Origin: an uncultured Pseudomonadales bacterium
Lineage (GTDB): Bacteria > Pseudomonadota > Gammaproteobacteria > Pseudomonadales > Litorivicinaceae
DNA length: 64,000 nucleotides
Direction: 5' to 3'
NCBI GenBank assembly: GCA_964628665.1
Contig: CAZVNX010000007.1
Location: forward strand, 13,073-77,072
Shown: positions 29,333 to 38,392 of the stretch, piece after piece
How the letters are laid out: each line of letters opens with the position of its first letter
How positions within the stretch are numbered: the stretch's first letter is position 1
Position numbers and translations under genes: made by a program
Notes under the pieces: generated by a model
Told to the model about the DNA's origin: nothing
Databases searched by the model: none
The model's input: only the letters and a program-made list of their open reading frames with translations

Positions 29333-30663
29333 TGGCTAACACACCAACCATCAAGGCGACCGTCGAGCAAATCCGCGACGGATTCGTGACCTCACATGAC
29401 TGGGTACAAAACAGCCTCAGTCAAATCGACGCGCGACCTGAGGTTGCGGCTTGGAGTTATGTCGATGGTGAGCGCGCCCTAGCCCGTGCAGATCGCATGG
29501 ACCAAATGCGTAAACAGGGTCGCGCATTTGGTCGGTTGCATGGGTGTCCGATCGGATTGAAAGACATCATCGAAGTCGCTGGTATGCCTTATGGTTGTGG
29601 CTCTTCCCTGATGGGTGAGACCTCGGTCTCTAATGCTGCCCTCGTTGATGCATTAGAGAGCGAAGGCGCCGTCATTCTCGGGAAGACCGAGACCACTGAA
29701 TTTGCCTCGATGACGCCCTCGCCTGCTCGGAATCCGTTGAATACGGAGTATTCCCCCGGTGGGTCATCAGCCGGCTCTGCCGCCGCAGTCGCCGCAGGAC
29801 AGGTCCCCGTTGCCATCGGTTCACAGACCAATGGTTCGGTCATACGACCCGCTTCGTATTGCGGTGTGTACGGGATGAAGCCGTCTGCTGGCATGATCTC
29901 GCGAACTGGAACATTCGAGCAGTCGCCAACGCTCGATCAAATGGGCTTATTCGCGACCTGCTTGGATGATTTAGCACTGGTGCTCGACTGCCTGTCTCAC
30001 TATGACAGTCGCGATGCGCACAGCCTAAACGAGCCCCGACCAAACTGCAGTCTACTGGTGAGTGAACCGGCACCGATCGAGCCGAATTTTGCGGTATTAC
30101 AGCTCCCCTACGCGGACCGACAGTCACCCGATTGCACAGCTGGATTCGCTGAATTACTCGAGACTCTCGAAGGCCGAGTTGAAATCCTTGAGGCACCACC
30201 AGTCATGGACCAGGTGATCCAAGCGCATCGGATTATCCACCTCAAAGAAATGGTCGCAGCATTCTCAGCATTGGGATTTCTTGGCAAAAGCGCGCTATCA
30301 CCGCAGATCCAGGCCGCACTGACCGAAGGCGCCACCTACTCGGATGCGCAGTATCAAGATGCACTCGGCATACGCACCGCAGTCATGGGCTTTTTTGAAA
30401 ATCTATTTGATGATTTCAATGCCATTTTGACGCCGTCTGCATCCGGAGAGGCACCGCGCCTCGAAGAAGGACATACAGGCGACCCCATTTTCTGCACGAT
30501 TTGGACGCTCGCTGGGCTTCCATGTATCAATCTACCCATTCTGCAAGGCGCAAACGGCCTGCCGATTGGCACTCAGGTCATTGGTCGTAAAGATGACGAC
30601 GGTCGTCTCTTTAGAACGGCCAATTGGTTAATTCAACATCTTTTCACAGAAGGAGCGGCATGA
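29332..30663 (+). CDS. Amidase-signature (AS) family amidase
   Basis: GLKDII (catalytic Lys), PGGSSAGSAAAVAAG and GSQTNGSVIRPASYCG (Ser-cisSer). TAATG overlap with dctM. Confidence 0.9.
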   Translation: MANTPTIKATVEQIRDGFVTSHDWVQNSLSQIDARPEVAAWSYVDGERALARADRMDQMRKQGRAFGRLHGCPIGLKDIIEVAGMPYGCGSSLMGETSVSNAALVDALESEGAVILGKTETTEFASMTPSPARNPLNTEYSPGGSSAGSAAAVAAGQVPVAIGSQTNGSVIRPASYCGVYGMKPSAGMISRTGTFEQSPTLDQMGLFATCLDDLALVLDCLSHYDSRDAHSLNEPRPNCSLLVSEPAPIEPNFAVLQLPYADRQSPDCTAGFAELLETLEGRVEILEAPPVMDQVIQAHRIIHLKEMVAAFSALGFLGKSALSPQIQAALTEGATYSDAQYQDALGIRTAVMGFFENLFDDFNAILTPSASGEAPRLEEGHTGDPIFCTIWTLAGLPCINLPILQGANGLPIGTQVIGRKDDDGRLFRTANWLIQHLFTEGAA

Positions 30664-30860
30664 TGCTTCCATCAGCCCTTAAAATTGCAATTGCATCGAT
30701 CTCTGTCCTGCTGTTCGGAGTTTTCGTATACGGTTTGACGCAGAGTATTTTGGTTGGTTTTGCCGGCTTTAGCGGCGGTCTGCCAGTTCTCGTCATTGTG
30801 ACCATCGTATTCGCAATGGCCGTTTATGACGTCTGGAACGAGACCATCCGTAAGCCGTAA
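30660..30860 (+). CDS. Small two-TM membrane protein, unknown function
   Basis: 66 aa (MMLPSALKIAIASISVLLFGVFVYGL...LPVLVIVTIVFAMAVYDVW). The ATG overlaps the amidase TGA (ATGATG junction). A terminator follows. Confidence 0.5.
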   Translation: MMLPSALKIAIASISVLLFGVFVYGLTQSILVGFAGFSGGLPVLVIVTIVFAMAVYDVWNETIRKP

Positions 30861-30878
30861 CATGGCGTTCTAACTTCT

Positions 30879-30902
30879 GGGGGTCACTAGATCCCCATTT
30901 TT
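30879..30902 (+). terminator. Rho-independent terminator after the TRAP-amidase operon
   Basis: GGGGGTC-ACTA-GATCCCC (7 bp including one G:U) followed by ATTTTTG. Confidence 0.6.
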
Positions 30903-30934
30903 GCTTGCCTGCGTGTTTCTATGGAGAGACTGAC

Positions 30935-32092
30935 ATGTCTGTAATCACCTGTATCGAAGACCTAAAACAAATCTATAAGCGGCGCGTGCCGAAGATGTTT
31001 TATGACTACGCCGAGACAGGGAGTTGGACGGAGCAAACGTTTCGAGAGAACACCTCAGATTTTCAAGAGCTTAAGTTCCGCCAGAAAATCGCAGTCAATA
31101 TGGAAGGACGTTCAACTGCTTCAACCATGATCGGTCAGGATGTCACCATGCCTGTGGCACTCGCGCCAGTCGGTTTAACCGGTATGCAACACGCCGACGG
31201 TGAGATCAAAGCGGCGCGTGCGGCAGCCAAGTTTGGCGTGCCTTACACCTTATCGACAATGTCCATTTGTTCGATCGAAGACGTCGCAGCGGCCACCAAT
31301 CATCCGTTTTGGTTTCAGGTCTATACCCTGAAGGACGACGACTTCATGCGTCGCTTGATGGAGCGTGCCAAAGCGGCTAACTGCTCTGCACTCGTGATCA
31401 CAGTCGACCTGCAGATGCTCGGTCAGCGTCATAAAGATTTGAAAAATGGCCTGTCTGCACCACCTAAACTGACTGTGAAATCGATCGCTGACATGATGAC
31501 TAAAGTGTCCTGGGGTCTTGAGATGCTGGGTACCAAGCGCCGCTTCTTTGGCAACATCGTAGGTCACGCAAAAGGCGTGAGTGATGCCTCATCGCTGAGC
31601 AGTTGGACTGCTGAAGCCTTTGACCAATCGCTTGACTGGAAACGCATCGGTCAATTGATGGAGATGTGGGACGGCAAGGTAATTCTGAAAGGCATTTTAG
31701 ATGCAGAGGACGCAAAAAAAGCCGCAGACCTTGGCGCCGATGCAATTGTCGTATCGAATCACGGCGGCCGCCAACTCGACGGCGCGTCGAGCTCAATCCG
31801 TATGCTGTCACATATTGTCGACGCCGTTGGACACAAGACGGAAGTGATGTTCGACAGTGGCATTCGCTCCGGACAAGATGTTCTGAAAGCGATCGCGCTC
31901 GGCGCAAAAGGGACCATGATTGGACGCGCCTACACCTATGGCCTCGGCGCCAAGGGTGAAGCAGGCGTCACAGATGCCTTAAAGATCATTCATAAAGAGC
32001 TTGATACCACCATGGGTCTGTGTGGTCGCACGCGCCTTCAAGACGTGAATCAGGATATCCTAATGATTCCTGAGGGCTTCCATCGCCAGTAA
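30935..32092 (+). CDS. lldD: FMN-dependent L-2-hydroxyacid (L-lactate-type) dehydrogenase
   Basis: MSVITCIEDLKQIYKRRVPKMFYDYAETGSWTE...VVSNHGGRQLD...MIGRAYTYGL. ATG at 30935 with GGAGAG upstream. Confidence 0.88.
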   Translation: MSVITCIEDLKQIYKRRVPKMFYDYAETGSWTEQTFRENTSDFQELKFRQKIAVNMEGRSTASTMIGQDVTMPVALAPVGLTGMQHADGEIKAARAAAKFGVPYTLSTMSICSIEDVAAATNHPFWFQVYTLKDDDFMRRLMERAKAANCSALVITVDLQMLGQRHKDLKNGLSAPPKLTVKSIADMMTKVSWGLEMLGTKRRFFGNIVGHAKGVSDASSLSSWTAEAFDQSLDWKRIGQLMEMWDGKVILKGILDAEDAKKAADLGADAIVVSNHGGRQLDGASSSIRMLSHIVDAVGHKTEVMFDSGIRSGQDVLKAIALGAKGTMIGRAYTYGLGAKGEAGVTDALKIIHKELDTTMGLCGRTRLQDVNQDILMIPEGFHRQ

Positions 32093-32144
32093 GTTGCGCG
32101 CGATTAGCCACAATCAAAAACCCAACTAAGGACTCTGCTCGATC

Positions 32145-33038
32145 GTGTCAAATGCACTAATTCTGGAACGCATTCTTGGTAGTGTGATTCCAGTCCTTAT
32201 TATTGTTTTGATCGGTTACAGCTACGGTCGTTGGCGCAAACCGAACATCACCACCATCAATCAAATCAACATGGAACTCTTTGTTCCTATGCTGATTTTT
32301 TCCGTCTTAGCGTCCAAATCTGTCGATCTGACGGAATACTGGCCGCTCGTCATCGGGACTGTCAGTGTCATTCTAGGATCCGGCCTGGTGGTCTGGCCAT
32401 TCTGTCGACTCGCTGGAATCGATCCAAAAACCTTCTTACCACCGATGATGTTCACCAACACAGGCAATCTCGCACTGCCATTGGTATTACTGGCCTTCGG
32501 CGAGGTTGCCATGCCGGCAACCATTGTGGTCTTTATCGTGTCGCAGTTTTTGCACTTTACGCTTGGATTTTACATTCTTGATCGTCATGCCAAGGTGCTC
32601 AACCGCGTTTCAATGCCAACCATTTTGGCTACGGCTGCCGGCCTCGTTGTGGGATTCACCCACACCCAAATACCCAGTCTCGTCATGATCCCGATGGAAA
32701 TGCTCGGTCAAATCGTCATCCCGATGATGCTGTTTGCGCTGGGAATCCGGATGCAGGATGTGACAACCAATGATCTTGGCGTCGGCGTGGCGGCTGCAAT
32801 TCTGTGTCCGGTCGCCGGCTTAGCGCTTGCATTCGCATTGCAGCCGTTTTTGCAACTCGACCCACTGCAGTGGAGCGTCTTCCTGATCTTCGCGGCATTG
32901 CCACCGGCAGTCTTGAACTACATGGTTGCAGAACGCTACAACCAAGAGCCGACCCGAGTTGCCTCAATTGTTCTGGTTGGTAACATCGGTGCGATTGTGT
33001 GGATGCCGCTCGCACTAGCGCTTGCACCACCGCTTTAG
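32145..33038 (+). CDS. AEC-family (auxin efflux carrier-like) transporter
   Basis: 297 aa, about 10 TM helices. FTNTGNLALPLVLLAFG motif. GTG start. Confidence 0.8.
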   Translation: MSNALILERILGSVIPVLIIVLIGYSYGRWRKPNITTINQINMELFVPMLIFSVLASKSVDLTEYWPLVIGTVSVILGSGLVVWPFCRLAGIDPKTFLPPMMFTNTGNLALPLVLLAFGEVAMPATIVVFIVSQFLHFTLGFYILDRHAKVLNRVSMPTILATAAGLVVGFTHTQIPSLVMIPMEMLGQIVIPMMLFALGIRMQDVTTNDLGVGVAAAILCPVAGLALAFALQPFLQLDPLQWSVFLIFAALPPAVLNYMVAERYNQEPTRVASIVLVGNIGAIVWMPLALALAPPL

Positions 33039-33577
33039 GCAGGCCGAATCCGCGCGTAATCAAAATCAGCGCCCGGGTCTACTTTACGCCCAGGCGCAAT
33101 GTCTCGATGACCGACAATGTGGCGAGGTGAAATGCCATAGGTCACACACAGTCGCTCACAGATCCCAGCCAAAGACTCGTACTGAGCATCCGTGAATGGG
33201 CCTTCTTCAGGCCCAATCAACTCGATACCAATACTGAAGTCATTGCATGCAGGACGCCCCGCAAACTCCGATACCCCCGCATGCCAAGCACGCTGATCAA
33301 AGCGCACACATTGATACACATCGCCTTCACGGCCGACCACAAGATGAGACGAGACACGCACGTCTTGCAAGGCAGCAAAATACGGATCGGAAGTGCAGTC
33401 GAGATGACCCTGAAAGAACCCAAGAACGGGTAGTGGGTTCCATTGCTCAGGGGGCAATGCGATGCCATGAATGACAATCAGAGAGATTTCCGCATCGGGT
33501 CGATCGTCGCAATGCGGGCTTGGCGCCCAAAGCGCCTGAGAAATCCTGTGCTCATGCATGGTAAAAGTGCTACGCAT
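33035..33577 (-). CDS. ampD: 1,6-anhydro-N-acetylmuramyl-L-alanine amidase AmpD
   Basis: PSPHCDDRPDAEISLIVIHGIALPP...AWHAG...IVGHRDIAPGRKVDPG. The start is either 33577 or Met7 at 33559. Confidence 0.85.
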   Translation of the reverse strand: MRSTFTMHEHRISQALWAPSPHCDDRPDAEISLIVIHGIALPPEQWNPLPVLGFFQGHLDCTSDPYFAALQDVRVSSHLVVGREGDVYQCVRFDQRAWHAGVSEFAGRPACNDFSIGIELIGPEEGPFTDAQYESLAGICERLCVTYGISPRHIVGHRDIAPGRKVDPGADFDYARIRPA

Positions 33578-33614
33578 CTTGGTACATTACGTCCTTTTAG
33601 TGTCGGAAACCATT

Positions 33615-35456
33615 GTGACTGCTTTACCGCTTATCGTCGGCTTCGGCGGCATCAACGCTGCCGGTCGTAGTTCAAACCACCAAGCTTACAGACGTCTGAT
33701 CTTTGAGACCCTGTCGGTCGAAGCGCAGTCACGCACCATCGATCAGATTGGCGCAATTTCAGGCCTTGGCCCAAGCGCGTCAAGTGACCCGATTCAGCGC
33801 CAACGGGTGCTTGATCAGACATTGATCCGACGGATTCATCCAGACTGGTTTGATCCAGATGCCGTACCCATGCATCGCTTGGGTCACACCAAAGACACAA
33901 CCTCAATTTGGCTTGGTCCCCTGCAAATCCCGGATCCATTGCCCAACGGCTGGCAGATCGGACGCACGGAAGGCCGTCTCACGGAATATTTGATCGCATC
34001 GGGCGACCTTTTGGCGCCCTGTACCAAGCGGCTCTCGGTGCAGGCTGCAGGCATGGCACCGACGGGATTTCGACCCGACTTATTTTACCCATCACGTCAT
34101 CATCCACGCACGTTACAGCTCGCATTATTCGCGCTCTCGGATTGCTGGCTTAGTTCCGGGTTGGAGTGGACCCAGGTACGGCAATACATTCGACCCGACC
34201 AAGTGGCGGTCTTTGCAGGCTCCTCAATTGGCCAGATGGACGACTATGGTTTCGGTGGCATGCTGAAAAGCGCGTTACTCGGTAAGCGGACCACATCGAA
34301 GCAACTTCCGTTGGGCTATCCACAAATGCCGGCTGATTTCAGTAACGCCTACGTCCTTGGCAGTTTGGGACGTTCGGGGGCCAGCATGGGGGCGTGTGCC
34401 AGCTTCTTATACAACTTGCACCATGCTGTTGATGGGATTCAGGAAGGCCGCTATCGGATTGCGATTGTCGGCGGCGCTGACTGTCCAATCACGCCCGAAG
34501 TGATCGAAGGGTTCAAGGCGATGGGCGCTTTGGCTGAAGACACGGGTCTTCGTCAGCTCGATGGCCTGACGGAGCATGAAACACCAGATTACCGCCGTAC
34601 CAGTCGCCCGTTTGGGATGAACTGCGGGTTTACCATGGGTGAGTCTAGTCAGTACGTCATTTTGATGGATGACGCACTGGCAATTGAATTAGGTGCGACG
34701 ATTTTTGGCTCAATTCCGATCGTTGCCAGTCACGCAGATGGTGGCAAGCGGAGTATCTCCGCGCCCGGCGCAGGCAACTATTTGACCCTGGCACAGGCGG
34801 CAGCTGGCGTGCGTGATCTATTGGGCGCCGAGGCCCTTGCGAAGGAAACTCTGGTGCAAGCACACGGCACCAGCACACCACAAAATCGCGTCACCGAGTC
34901 CGATGTCCTATCCAGGGTTGCCCAGGCGTTTGGTATTGAATCTTGGCAGGTCACTGCGATTAAGAGCCAACTCGGGCATTCGCAAGGCACCGCAGGCGGT
35001 GATCAATTGGCAATGAGCTTGGGAGCCTTTGCTCATCAAATGATCCCTGGTATTCAAACCACTGAGCAGCTCGCACCCGATGTTGTGACTGAAGGGCTCG
35101 AGTTTGCTCTGAAAACCAAAGCGCATCCATTGCAGGCCGCTCTCATCAATGCAAAAGGCTTTGGCGGCAACAACGCGACCGCCGCGATCTTGTCACCGCT
35201 TGCCACACAAGAACTCCTCAAAGCACGCCATGGATCCTATAACCTCGCGGGCTCTGACGCAGTACAAGAGCGCCAAGCGCGGTATTGTCACGAGATTGAC
35301 CGCGGCACGATTGAAATCCTGTATCACTATGGCGAGCAAATTGTTGAAGGATCTGACTTAGAGATCGATGATCAGAGCATCAAGATCCCGGGGTTTGGTG
35401 AGGCGATTCAGCTGAATCAGAGTCGAAAGCAGTACTCAGATCTGATCAAATCGTAA
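33615..35456 (+). CDS. fabY: FabY-class beta-ketoacyl-ACP synthase
   Basis: ALPLIVGFGGINAAGRSS N-terminus, active-site GACASFLYN, HGTSTPQNRVTE, GHSQGTAG and KGFGGNNA. About 615-630 aa, like P. aeruginosa FabY as recalled. The start is uncertain (candidates ATG 33558, GTG 33600, GTG 33615). Confidence 0.8.
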   Translation: MTALPLIVGFGGINAAGRSSNHQAYRRLIFETLSVEAQSRTIDQIGAISGLGPSASSDPIQRQRVLDQTLIRRIHPDWFDPDAVPMHRLGHTKDTTSIWLGPLQIPDPLPNGWQIGRTEGRLTEYLIASGDLLAPCTKRLSVQAAGMAPTGFRPDLFYPSRHHPRTLQLALFALSDCWLSSGLEWTQVRQYIRPDQVAVFAGSSIGQMDDYGFGGMLKSALLGKRTTSKQLPLGYPQMPADFSNAYVLGSLGRSGASMGACASFLYNLHHAVDGIQEGRYRIAIVGGADCPITPEVIEGFKAMGALAEDTGLRQLDGLTEHETPDYRRTSRPFGMNCGFTMGESSQYVILMDDALAIELGATIFGSIPIVASHADGGKRSISAPGAGNYLTLAQAAAGVRDLLGAEALAKETLVQAHGTSTPQNRVTESDVLSRVAQAFGIESWQVTAIKSQLGHSQGTAGGDQLAMSLGAFAHQMIPGIQTTEQLAPDVVTEGLEFALKTKAHPLQAALINAKGFGGNNATAAILSPLATQELLKARHGSYNLAGSDAVQERQARYCHEIDRGTIEILYHYGEQIVEGSDLEIDDQSIKIPGFGEAIQLNQSRKQYSDLIKS

Positions 35457-35960
35457 CTGGAGCGCGAAGACCAATGCGTCTTCGCGCCGATCTCCTGCTG
35501 GGTAGTACCCATTCCGGCGACCAATTTCGTTGAAACCATGATTCAGATACATGGCAATGGCCGCATGGTTGGACTCTCGGACTTCGAGAAACATCTGGCG
35601 TGCCTGCTGCGCCGTCGCGTCCGCAATCAGATGCCGCAACATCTGGCTACCCATTCCCTGGCCCTGCCTTTCAGGATCTACGGCCACATTCAAGAGATGT
35701 GCCTCGTCCAATGTGACCGAGAGAAATGCCTGGCACACATGACCCGTGTCACCTGCAATTTCACCCAACCAAATCCGATATGGAACCGTGGTGCATCCAC
35801 CAATAATCGCGCGTGACCACGGAAACGCATAGGCTCGCGCCTCGAGCGCACAGACCGCATCGAGGTCAGCTTCCGTCATCAGACGAAAACGGAGCTCAGG
35901 CGTTGCCATTGCGTTGTCGTTTGAATTGCTCCCATAGAGCGCGTTTCGCTTCGACATCAC
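35436..35960 (-). CDS. rimI: Ribosomal-protein-alanine N-acetyltransferase (GNAT)
   Basis: FRLMTEADLDAVCALEARAYAFPWS...VDPERQGQGMGSQML...NHAAIAMYLNHGF. The start may be Met18 at 35909. The 3' end overlaps the converging fabY by 21 nt. Confidence 0.8.
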   Translation of the reverse strand: MMSKRNALYGSNSNDNAMATPELRFRLMTEADLDAVCALEARAYAFPWSRAIIGGCTTVPYRIWLGEIAGDTGHVCQAFLSVTLDEAHLLNVAVDPERQGQGMGSQMLRHLIADATAQQARQMFLEVRESNHAAIAMYLNHGFNEIGRRNGYYPAGDRREDALVFALQLRFDQI

Positions 35961-36627
35961 TGATTAAATCCGTGATGGGGGGCAGTAAGAGTGCGTCTGC
36001 GGTTAACACCTTGGGATCAAGCGACTGGATTGAGGTTAAGACCTGTGGAACCGCTGCCTGCATTTCCGCCCACCGCCGGTGCAACCACGCATCGACCGCT
36101 TCGGTTGCTGCATCGTACGATGCGTCGGGCATGCCATCGATCGGCCAATGAAAATACTGCCAATCTGCACTCGCATCCGAATTTGACATGGCCCGTACCA
36201 GATCGGAACAAATCGCCGTCATACGCCCATCCAATAGGCCGCTGGCCCACGTCGGCAATTCAACCAACAGTAAGGTGTCGGCGGTAATCACAGACACCAG
36301 TGTAAAATGCAAGGACGGCGTGCCCTCGACGGGTGCCTCCACCTCGAGCACCGTGGGCGCATCGGTTGCCACAGCGGGCTCCGTGATCACATCCTCTGTC
36401 ACGGGAGGAGTGGGTGATGCCGCCAAAAGCTCAGCCACAGGCGATGCGACTGATCGCACCTTCGTGTCATCTATGTGTGCCTTGGAGACGACCGCGGCGG
36501 GAGCATCCACTACCGGCTCTGTAACAGGCGTGGTCATAGCCTGCGTCGGCCGCTCACGGAGCACCACAACAGGCACGCCCATGGCGTCTAGAAGTCGACG
36601 CGACTCATCCAGACCAAGCGTCTGCAT
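35896..36627 (-). CDS. holD: Long HolD-like protein (putative DNA polymerase III psi subunit)
   Basis: Immediately upstream of rimI, as in E. coli. N-terminus LLDAMGVPVVVLRERP resembles E. coli psi QLGITQWSLRRP. C-terminus AKRALWEQF resembles ARAALWQQI. About 70-aa P/V/T/A-rich linker inserted. The start shares one nt with the leuA stop. Confidence 0.5.
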   Translation of the reverse strand: MQTLGLDESRRLLDAMGVPVVVLRERPTQAMTTPVTEPVVDAPAAVVSKAHIDDTKVRSVASPVAELLAASPTPPVTEDVITEPAVATDAPTVLEVEAPVEGTPSLHFTLVSVITADTLLLVELPTWASGLLDGRMTAICSDLVRAMSNSDASADWQYFHWPIDGMPDASYDAATEAVDAWLHRRWAEMQAAVPQVLTSIQSLDPKVLTADALLLPPITDLISDVEAKRALWEQFKRQRNGNA

Positions 36628-38180
36628 CAGATCCCTTCAGATTTCTGAGGATGTTGCCTGTCGAGTGGCCTCTCCATCAGATTCAAGGCATGCAGATAGG
36701 CCTTGGCAGAGGCGACGACAATGTCTGTATCCGCACCCAGTCCATTCACGATCCGGCCCGATTTTTCCAATCGAACCGTCACCTCACCTTGAGAATCTGT
36801 TCCGGTGGTAATGGCATTGACAGAGTACAACTGCAAATCGGCACCGCTATTTGCCACCGACTCAATCGCTTTATAGACCGCATCAACCGGACCATCCCCA
36901 TGACCCTCGGCATCAACCGCCTGGCCGTCGACCATCAGCTTGACATGGGCTGTTGGTGCAACGCCCAACTTTGAGGTGACATTGAGATCGGCGAGATCAT
37001 AACGCGCGTTCTCAGACTCGACCTGTTGCGCGTTTAACAGCGCATGCAAATCTTCATCGAAAATCTCGTGTTTGCGATCCGCCAAATCCTTAAACCGCAC
37101 AAAGGCCTCATTGAATGCCTGATCGTCGGCCAACAGGATGCCAAGTTCATCGAGTCGCGACTTAAATGCGGCGCGTCCAGAATGCTTCCCTAACACCATC
37201 CGGTTGGTATTCCAGCCAACATCTTCGGCACGCATGATCTCGTAGGTCTCGCGATGCTTAAGTACGCCATCTTGGTGAATGCCAGACTCATGGGCAAAGG
37301 CATTCGCTCCAACAATCGCTTTGTTCGGTTGTACGGGAAACCCTGTGATCGAAGACACCAATCGCGACGTCGGCACGATATGGCGGGTATCAATCCCCGT
37401 TTCCACATCGACGATATCCGCACGTGTTCGAATGGCCATGACAACCTCTTCAAGAGACGTATTCCCTGCTCGCTCGCCCAAGCCATTGATGGTGCATTCA
37501 ATCTGACGACACCCTGCACGGACTGCAGCCAACGAATTCGCCACCGCGAGGCCCAAGTCGTTATGGCAATGCACCGAAAAAATGGCCTTATCCGCGTTGG
37601 GAATCTTGGTCAACAGTGCACGAATCGTCTCTTCAATTTGGAACGGTAGGTTATAGCCCACCGTGTCGGGGAAATTGCAGGTCGTCGCTCCGGCATCAAT
37701 CACCGCCTCAAAGACGCGCGCAAGAAAATCGAGCTCAGACCGCCCTGCGTCCTCGGCTGAGAACTCCACATCGTCCGTATACTGACGTGCCTTTTTGACA
37801 GCACGCACCGCTTGCTCAATCACTGCATCAGGTTGCATTTTCAACTTATGCTGCATGTGAATCGGACTTGTGGCGATAAAGGTATGAATCCGACGACGTG
37901 GCGCCGGAGCAATGGCTGCCGCAGCCGTTTCAATGTCTTTATCAAGCGCGCGTGACAGACTGCAGACTGTGGACTCTGTAACCGCTCGGGCCACCGCTTG
38001 TACGGCTTCAAAGTCGCCAGGGCTTGCAACCGCAAAGCCGGCTTCAATGACGTCCACTTTCAAGCGTTCAAGCGCTTTTGCAATTCGGACTTTCTCGTCC
38101 CGTGTCATCGATGCGCCAGGGCTCTGCTCACCATCGCGCAATGTAGTATCAAAAATTATGAGTTGGTCTTTAGCCATCAT
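36627..38180 (-). CDS. leuA: 2-isopropylmalate synthase
   Basis: [25 protein letters not shown]...[20 protein letters not shown] at 38180 with GAGGAG 6 nt upstream. Confidence 0.95.
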   Translation of the reverse strand: MMAKDQLIIFDTTLRDGEQSPGASMTRDEKVRIAKALERLKVDVIEAGFAVASPGDFEAVQAVARAVTESTVCSLSRALDKDIETAAAAIAPAPRRRIHTFIATSPIHMQHKLKMQPDAVIEQAVRAVKKARQYTDDVEFSAEDAGRSELDFLARVFEAVIDAGATTCNFPDTVGYNLPFQIEETIRALLTKIPNADKAIFSVHCHNDLGLAVANSLAAVRAGCRQIECTINGLGERAGNTSLEEVVMAIRTRADIVDVETGIDTRHIVPTSRLVSSITGFPVQPNKAIVGANAFAHESGIHQDGVLKHRETYEIMRAEDVGWNTNRMVLGKHSGRAAFKSRLDELGILLADDQAFNEAFVRFKDLADRKHEIFDEDLHALLNAQQVESENARYDLADLNVTSKLGVAPTAHVKLMVDGQAVDAEGHGDGPVDAVYKAIESVANSGADLQLYSVNAITTGTDSQGEVTVRLEKSGRIVNGLGADTDIVVASAKAYLHALNLMERPLDRQHPQKSEGI

Positions 38181-38392
38181 AGTTCTCCTCAGACAGCACA
38201 CCGGCCTGAATAGGTAAAAAAGATAAAAACGACAAGATATACAGAAGAGGACCGCCCGTCAGGGCAGTCGAAGACCAAGGAGCTTTGCACTGTTCATGGC
38301 TGATGTATTCATAGCCCGAGAATGCCAATAAGCTGTACCTCGTGCAAGTTTGTTTTCACAATCTGACTGATAAATCCGATCAATCTGAGAGT

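Noticed and set aside
36188-36811. 207-aa plus-strand ORF spanning the holD-like/leuA junction.
   Set aside because: It is antisense to leuA (certain) and to the HolD-like frame, crosses a gene boundary, has low-complexity composition and has no SD.
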